Shown piece after piece: positions 33,790 through 41,058 of a stretch of 41,058 nucleotides of DNA (position 1 is its first letter; each line of letters opens with the position of its first letter). The notes below the pieces were generated by a model that was given only the letters and a program-made list of their open reading frames with translations, had not been told where the DNA came from and made no database searches. Made by a program: the position numbers and the translations under genes. Source of the stretch: Patescibacteria group bacterium. GTDB taxonomy: Bacteria; Patescibacteriota; Gracilibacteria; BD1-5; UBA2023. Location: contig JAVHPT010000030.1 of NCBI GenBank assembly GCA_036170735.1, positions 1 through 41,058 of the forward strand. The letters run 5' to 3'.

Positions 33790-34032
33790 ATGTTCTGAAG
33801 TAAAAAACCGATAAAACGTGATATTTCACTCGGAGTCAAGATGCACTGATCAGTGACTGTTGGAACAAAGGGTCAGATCGTCATCCCAAAAGATGTTCGC
33901 GATATGCTCGATATCAATGAATGAGACACACTCATGACCATGACGAAATATGGGAAATTTGTTGGATTTATTAAAACTGAGGATATGCAGAACTTTATCA
34001 ATCTCCTCAAATCAGAGTGTAATATCCAATAA
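33790..34032 (+). CDS. AbrB/MazE/SpoVT-family DNA-binding protein
   Basis: GSVTVGTKGQIVIPKDVRDMLDINEGD signature. Absent from the ORF track. Confidence 0.9.
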
Positions 34033-34103
34033 TCTTTCCTATTTTTAGGTAAAAGATACTCAAGGAAAGCCAATTAAATGTTTTAAATAAAAAAACACGT
34101 ATT

Positions 34104-36035
34104 ATGAAAAGCATCATTTCCATCATCCTTATTTCTTCACTTCTTCTTTCTAGTTGTGGATCTGCCATTACAACAACGGTATGAAGTACAAAAACAGATT
34201 TTTTTGTAAAAACTCTGAAGCTCTCAAGCACTACAGGAAGTTACACCGTAGAAAAATCTGCAAGGCTCACAGCAGCCTCATCCCTTAGTATCTCAAGTGA
34301 TGGTATAGGTCAAATAGATAGTATCCTCGTAAAAGAAGGACAGAGTGTAAAGAAGTGACAAGTTATCGTCAAACTCAAGGACTCTGCAGCTATGTATGGA
34401 ATACAGGTGCAGCAAGCAAGTAATGGAATTACGAGTGCGAATGCGAGTAGAGAAGCTACTCTTGCAAACCTCGATCAAGCGGTAACCAATGCGGAGATCG
34501 CGCAAGCACAAGCACAGAGAACTCTCGATACTCTCCTAAAAGATTCGAAGGAACGAAGAAAACAGGCACAAAATGATTATTTTAACGCAAATCCAAATAA
34601 TACTGGATCTACAGCACAGATAAATATAGAAAAACTTAAAATCGATCTTGCAAGTGCAGAGAATAACTATAACAACCAGATTTTAACTCTTGATGCCAAT
34701 TATCATCTGTATGCCAATGATTTTGAGAAACTCTCTAGTTCGATGCTCTTCGAGTGAGACCGTATACTTGGTATCACCTCAACCTACCAATATAGTAATG
34801 ATAATTGGGAACCTTATCTTGGTCTCTACATAGGAAGTGCAAAGGTGGATGCAGATAATAAATGGGGAGAACTCTATGCCGCACGTGGAGAAATCCGAGC
34901 AAAGCAGGATACAAAAATCACTACCCTAAACATCCAAACGGAGATAGACAAACTCTCAAGCTACTATCAGACAGCCAGAGACATGTGAACCTCCATGAGT
35001 ACTATGCTCGAAAATAGTATGGTTGGTGCTGGATTGTCTCAAGATATTCTCAATGGCTGGATTGCTCAGTGGACAGGATTTCGGGCTACAGAACAAGCAA
35101 GTGAGTCTCAATTCACCGCATGGAAAAATGGGGCAATAAGCATCATCCCAACAGCAGGTGGAAAGAGTGTAGCCGAGATGAATATTGATAGCCTTAATCT
35201 CCAGATTTCTGGGGCAGAGAGAGCAATCCAAATAGGGAATGATTCTGCAACCATATGATACAATCGTACCATCATTAGTCTTGATGACCAGATACAAGCA
35301 GCTCAACTCTCACTTGAACAAGCACAGAAAAACTTCGCTGCAGCGAAGAAAAACAGAGATGCTACGGCAAAACAACTTGGAGCATCGGTAAATAGTGCTT
35401 CAACTTCACTCACTCTCGCAAAAGCAAATTATGACAAACTCTCTATTAAAGCTCCTGTAAATGGAAAAGTCACGAAAATTACCGTCTCTGTTGGGCAAAC
35501 CATTAACTCAGGAACTCCTATAGGGGAGATGGCATCAAGTATGCCAGAGATGACTATCGATACCGAAGCAGATATTGCACTCAATCTCGTAGCTTGAGAT
35601 TCGGTACAAGTGAAGGTAGGGGATTCTACTCTTACAGGAACAGTATCGGCCATATCTCATATCGCAAACTCGAATCTCCTCTATACAACTCGTATTAGTG
35701 TGTCATCAGGAAAGAATCTAATCTGACAAGCGGCAAAAATAATCTTTACTATCTCAAACTCAAAAGATACCCTGACGGGCATATCTCTCCCTCTATTAGA
35801 TATCAACATTATCAGTGAAAATGAATGAGAAATATTCCTCCTCACGCGGAGTGGGTCTGAACTCATACCGAAACGAAAATCAGTGACACTCTGAAGTCTT
35901 CATGGTGATAGTATTGAGATTCTCGAAGAGTTCCCTACAAACACGGAAATCATCATGAGTGATGTTTCAAATTTTGATAGCTCAAAACAACAGCTGGTTG
36001 TACAAAATAATAATGTGCAGAAAGTATCTCAGTAA
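34104..36035 (+). CDS. RND efflux membrane-fusion (adaptor) lipoprotein with long coiled coil
   Basis: LLSSC lipobox, GQIDSILVKEGQSVKKGQ and IKAPVNGKV..I.VSVGQ lipoyl-like halves flanking a long helical region. Confidence 0.85.
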
Positions 36036-36077
36036 TAAGCCATTAGCAAATATTGAATCTATAATCCCAAACTTTTT

Positions 36078-39000
36078 ATGTCTCGTCTTTCAGAATTACA
36101 AGCATATTTTACATCATGATTTCTCGGTTTCTGGGTACGAAAGTATCGCATCTCCTACGTCATAAGTATAGTTCTCGTAGTGCTTGGAGTTATAGCAGCA
36201 AACTCGATACCAAAAGAGTCGAGTCCATCTGTAAAACTCGGAATCATCTCTATTGTCACTGTATATCTATGAACCAATCCAGAGGATATCGATTCACTTA
36301 TTAGTAACAAGATATACAAAGAGGTAAAAGACATTAAGTGAATTGATAAGATACAAACAACCTCATCGCTCTGAGTCGGAAGTGTAGTTATAACTCTAAG
36401 ATCAGATGCAGACACAAAAGTTGTCCTCGATGATGTGCGAAATAATGTGAATAAAGTCCAGCTTCCAACGGATGCGAAGACACCAGTGATTACCGAAATC
36501 GAAACAAATACGAATCAGGCATTTTCTACATTTATCTATAGCAATAACGACAATTACTCCCGTGCACTCCTCACGGCTCGTGCTGTGGAAGTACAGAAAG
36601 AGCTCGAAAAGCTCCCATGAATAGAAAAGGTGACTCTTTCTGCCCAAGGACTTATGAATGCAAGCGTCTCAACAAGCCAATGAGGAAACGATACAACATA
36701 TGATATTGATATTATCATTCCAAAAGAAAAACTCGATGCTATGGGCTTATCTCTTGCAACTATTGCAAATACAATAAAAAGTCTGAATCTTGACCAACCA
36801 ATTGGGAATTTTTCACTCTGATATAAGAACTATGATTATCGTATAGAAGGGAAGAATGCACTAAGTTTTGATTTTCTGAGTACTCCAATTCCGCTACCCG
36901 GATGAACGTCAATACACTTAGGGGATATAGCAAAAATAGAGAGAAACTATAAAAACGATGCCATCAATACAATCATGATTGGAACAGGATGAAAAACTCA
37001 TTCATACGTTGGTATCACTATCAATAAATCTGACTCCGCAAGCATATTTGCAGCTAGTGATATTGCAAAACAAAAGATTGAATCTATATTTAAGTGAGAT
37101 GATTTTCAGTGACTCTCCTTTATCTATTGATCAGATATTGCCGATACTATTCGTGATGATTATGTGGAACTTTTTCATGAAGCTCTGACTACACTCGCTC
37201 TTGTATTTTTTGCGATGTTCCTCTTTGTAGGATTCAAGGATTCTCTCTTCGCAACACTCACACTTCCTCTTGCCTTCCTCTCAACATTCATGATTCTCAA
37301 CTATCTTGGATATTCTCTCAATTTTCTCACAAACTTTTCCTTTATTCTCTCATTTGGTATTGCGGTTGATACAATCATCGTGATCGTCCAAGCGGCGAGC
37401 GCGAAGCTCAGGATAGGATACTCTCCAAAATCCGCAATCATGCTCGCCCTTCGTGAATATGGTGTACCGATTATCGCCGGAGTGAGTTCAACTATCGTTG
37501 TATTCATCCCAATGATGATGCTTCCAGGTATGACAGGGAAGTTCCTTGCCTATATTCCAACCTCCATTTTCTGAGTTCTTGCAAGTGGACTCGTGCTTGC
37601 TCTCACTGTCAATAGTGCTCTCTATCTTCTCTTTGTAAGGGAAAAGAAGACTTATGTGGAAAGTGAAACCACTCTTGAATATGCTGGTGCGCTCGAAAGA
37701 GAATTACTCTTGATTGAACGTGAAGGAAAAGAACGTATTCCTGAATGATCAGCACCACTTCGAACCCGTATTATCCACTCTGTAACAGAGTGATACAAGA
37801 GAATACTCACCAATTTTCTTGAGCACACATATCTCCGAAGAGCATCTATCATAATTCCCGTTATTTTCCTTATCTTCGGTTTCGTTGTATTGGCACCAAT
37901 TGTTGGTGTTGAGATCTTCCCAAGTGACGACAATAATCTCACTATGTTTACGATCGAATGACCCGTTGGAATTAAGACAGAGGTTATGCAAGAGATGATT
38001 GGAGATTGGACACCATATTTCGTGGGACATCCTGAGATAAAATACATCTCATCATCGATTAAGTGAAACGCTCTTAGTATCACGGTTCAACTCACAAAAA
38101 AAGGTATCCGAGCTGCAAATAATGAAAAGAGTGTATTTGATCTAGAGGCAGAACTGATTCAAAAACTCTCAGCACTCGAAAGCAAAGGATTCAAGGTGGT
38201 AAGCTCTACAGTAAAAAATGGTCCTCCTTGATGAAAGGCTATTGGACTCAAGCTCATTGCTGAAGATGCGACAGAACTCCCATCTCTTATACAGACTTCC
38301 AGGGAATTCCGGGATTATCTCAAATCTATCCCTGGAACAAAGAATGTTGGAACAACCTCCCAAGATACCCCAGGACAGTTCATCTTTACCCTCAAGAAGG
38401 ATCTCCTCGCAAACTATGGAATCACGCCAACTATTATCTACGGGCAAATTGCCCAAAGTATGAATGGTATAACCGTTGGAACTGTGGAGGATAATGGAAA
38501 TGACATGAACGTTGTGCTAAAATCTGATACATTTCAAAGTGGGGCTCACATGGAAGATGTGCTCAATATTCCATTTACTGTATGACCAAATACCTACAGG
38601 ATTGGTGATTTTGTCGACACAAAAACACAAAATGCAGTAGCCTCCATTGCTCGTGAAGATGGAAAAATCCAAATCACTGTTGATGCCGATCTCGATACTG
38701 GGATGGATACCGTGACCAAACAAGCAAAATTCGAGGAATTTGCCAAAGCGTATACATTTCCAAAATGAGTCTCTTATTCGATCTGATGAGAAAATGCTGC
38801 AAATCAAGATCTTATTACGGCGATTGTCACCTCTTTTTTCCTGGCAGTTATGGTGATATTCGCTATCCTCACGCTCCAATTCAATAGCTTCTCTCAACCA
38901 TTGATCGTTCTCTATTCCATAATCATGTCTTTACCATTTGTGATGGTGGGACTCATCCTCACACACAATCACTTCTCTATGTTGTTTGGAATTGGGTTTA

Positions 39001-39353
39001 TTGCCTTCACGGGAATTGCTGTAAACCATGGAATCATCTTGATCTCAGCCATCAATGAGAATCTCCAAAAGTGAATGAAGGGGATTACTGCACTCGTTGA
39101 AGCAGGGTCATCTCGTCTTGAACCGATGACACTCACAACTCTCACAACTACTCTCGGTATGATCCCTATCGCTCTCAAGGATCGTTTCTGGTCAGGATTG
39201 TGATTCACAATTATCTTCGGTATTATTTCTGCCTCTATACTTACACTTTTCGTGGTAAAAGGAATCTACTATGAAATCTATGTGAGTAACCACGCTGGTC
39301 TATCCCAGCGAGTAAAATGATGGATATCAAAAAAGAGACGAGCATCAAAATAA
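36078..39353 (+). CDS. AcrB/AcrD/AcrF-family RND transporter
   Basis: IPKES.P, YGTNPEDID.LI, GIAVDTIIV, FIPM..LPG..GKF, GIAVNHGIIL and RLEPMTLTTLTT.LG.IP in a single frame with TGA=Gly. Confidence 0.93.
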
Positions 39354-39369
39354 TTTGGTTCCTGGCTAA

Positions 39370-39476
39370 TTGTCATTTCGAGTGAAAGATGAATCCGAGA
39401 AATCTTGCTCTGTTCTTATTGAGCAGGACTTCTCCACTCCGTTTCCGCTTGGCTTCAACTTCGGTCGAGATGACAA
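39370..39476. repeat. RPE/REP-like palindromic element
   Basis: TTGTCATTTCGA...TCGAGATGACAA termini and inner GAGAAATCTTGCTC/GAGCAGGACTTCTC stem. Confidence 0.8.
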
Positions 39477-39527
39477 AAGTCATCAATATAAAGAAACTTC
39501 AAAAAAACCGCACCTTTAAAAAATTGT

Positions 39528-40730
39528 ATGAAAAAAACTTCTCAACTCTTCCTTATCCTTCTCACGGCATTTCTCGATATTCTTGGAATGTCTATATTGA
39601 TTCCTGTTTTTCCAGATCTGACAGCACACTTTCATATGGCAGAATCATGGACGATGTGGACACAATCCATCTATGCGATTGGGATGTTTTTCTCTGGTTT
39701 TATCATCGGAAACCTCTCAGATAAGTATGGACGAAAGAAAATGCTCATCGTTACTTCATCATTCAATCTCCTTGGATATATTGCAACCCTCACAGCTCTC
39801 TCTATCGGAAGCACTACAGGAATTATTGGATTCTGACTCTATCTCTCGGCAAGACTCATAGCTGGAATCGGATGAGCAGGATACTGAGTTGTACAAGCGT
39901 ATATATCAGATATCTCCGCCCCCGAAGTAAAGACAAAAAATATGGGACTTATGGGAGCAGCATTTGGAACTGCCTTCCTCGTCTGACCAGCTATCGGATG
40001 AGTTCTCGCAAGTTTCGCATGAGTAAATGGAATCCTCCTCGTCTCTATTGCTATAATAACGATCAACCTTCTCTGGATTATCTTCTGACTTCCTGAACCA
40101 AAGCATCATGAAAGAGAGATGAAAACGGTAGATATCGCAGAATGGAAGATGTCGAGAGAAATATATATCCTCCTCATATTAGCCCTCGGAGCAAGTATCG
40201 GTTCTTCCGTTATGCAATCAGGTTCCGGACAGTTTTATGCAGATAGATTCTGATTCAATGCTGATCTCCGCGGATACACTATGGCGGTTGTAGGACTGAT
40301 TTCCATTATTTTCCAAGGATTCCTCGTGAAGTATGTTCGAAAGTATCTCAACGAGCAAAGGATGATGCAAGTCGGTTTTGCATTGGTCTCAGCTGGGATG
40401 ATACTCTTGGCATGGAACACCTATGCTCCTTTTGTTTTTCTCATCATCATCCTTTTCCCTCTTGGTATGGGATCGTTTGGTCCATCGATCGCATCACTCT
40501 TATCTCAAGATGCTGGAAAACACGCTGGTCGTGTTATGGGAATGAATACTTCCATGACTGGAATCGGAGGGATTATCGGACCGATCATCACCTGATGGCT
40601 CTATGCGATGCATATAGCACTTCCTTTTTGGTATGCCGGAGGATTGTTTCTCATATTATTTATTTTATCGGTAATCTATCTGAAAAAGCACACAAGGACA
40701 AAAGTTGCTTTTTCTTGAGAAACTCTATAA
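39528..40730 (+). CDS. MFS transporter (TetA/DHA1-like)
   Basis: FLDILG..ILIPVFP, GNLSDKYGRK, R.IAGIGGA, AYISDI and GAAFG.AF..GP.IGG. Confidence 0.92.
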
Positions 40731-40800
40731 TCGAGATATATCGAATCCTGATCTTTATCCCCTAAAAAAACCTATAAAACTTCTCACATTAGATAATGCA

Positions 40801-41022
40801 ATGCAGGCGGGTCTTATATTCTTCACGATCGGTGGACTACTCCTAATATCACTCAAGCTTCCAGCCTATGGACTCATCTTTAACCTCATTTCCCAATTCT
40901 TCTGGCTCAAATCATCATATGTAGCATGGAAACAGGCGGGACAAATTGGAATGTTTATTAAAACTATCATGTTTACGATCATTACTATCTTTGGTATAGT
41001 TAATTACTGGTTTCTCTCTTAA
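40801..41022 (+). CDS. Small multi-TM hypothetical membrane protein (start uncertain)
   Basis: QAGLIFFTIGGLLL..YGLIFNLISQFFWL..SY.AWKQAGQIGMF..GIVNYW, with a promoter-like motif at 40705. Confidence 0.6.
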   Translation: MQAGLIFFTIGGLLLISLKLPAYGLIFNLISQFFWLKSSYVAWKQAGQIGMFIKTIMFTIITIFGIVNYWFLS

Positions 41023-41058
41023 TTTTTCAAATCCCTAATCTCTATCTGGTATTATGCA

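Noticed and set aside
33790-34032. AbrB/MazE antitoxin of a toxin-antitoxin pair
   Set aside because: No toxin ORF follows; the next gene is the efflux adaptor.
1010-40595. Apparent mass pseudogenisation (fragmented copA, pcrA, nrdA, lepA, ftsK, acrB)
   Set aside because: The fragments are in frame and separated only by TGA at Gly positions, so this is an artefact of the wrong genetic code.

Overview
Bacterial chromosomal window that uses translation table 25 (TGA = Gly), pointing to Candidatus Gracilibacteria or a related Patescibacteria/CPR lineage. The supplied ORF track treats TGA as stop and so fragments or misses most genes. Re-read with TGA=Gly, the window holds about 35 mostly intact genes. 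In order: a copper cluster (CsoR-type repressor, Cys/Met-containing putative leader ORF, CopA, HMA-DsbD-like membrane protein, cupredoxin); a decayed GH18/GT2 pseudogene; a membrane-anchored PD-(D/E)xK nuclease, a TIM-barrel protein, a type IV pilin, a wHTH-nucleotidyltransferase-like protein, pcrA and a PilT-family ATPase; nrdA and nrdB, each with NrdR-like boxes and separated by a VirB2-like pilin, an RluA-family gene and two tiny K+ channel genes with odd filters; lepA, an MscS-like gene, pyrB, ftsK, map, a GT2, a CxxCxxCC protein and htpX; and an AbrB-RND adaptor-AcrB-MFS efflux cluster. The most interesting signals are a possible CruR/CutF-like copper-responsive leader with a hairpin before copA, recurrent promoters with a 15-bp spacer plus SD-less or leaderless starts, palindromic RPE/REP-like elements (two inserted in frame in pcrA), an Asn-to-Gln change in the NrdA active-site loop, and a 9-bp-period operator array before abrB. 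No rRNA, tRNA, CRISPR array or transposase was seen. All calls come from manual reading with no database searches.
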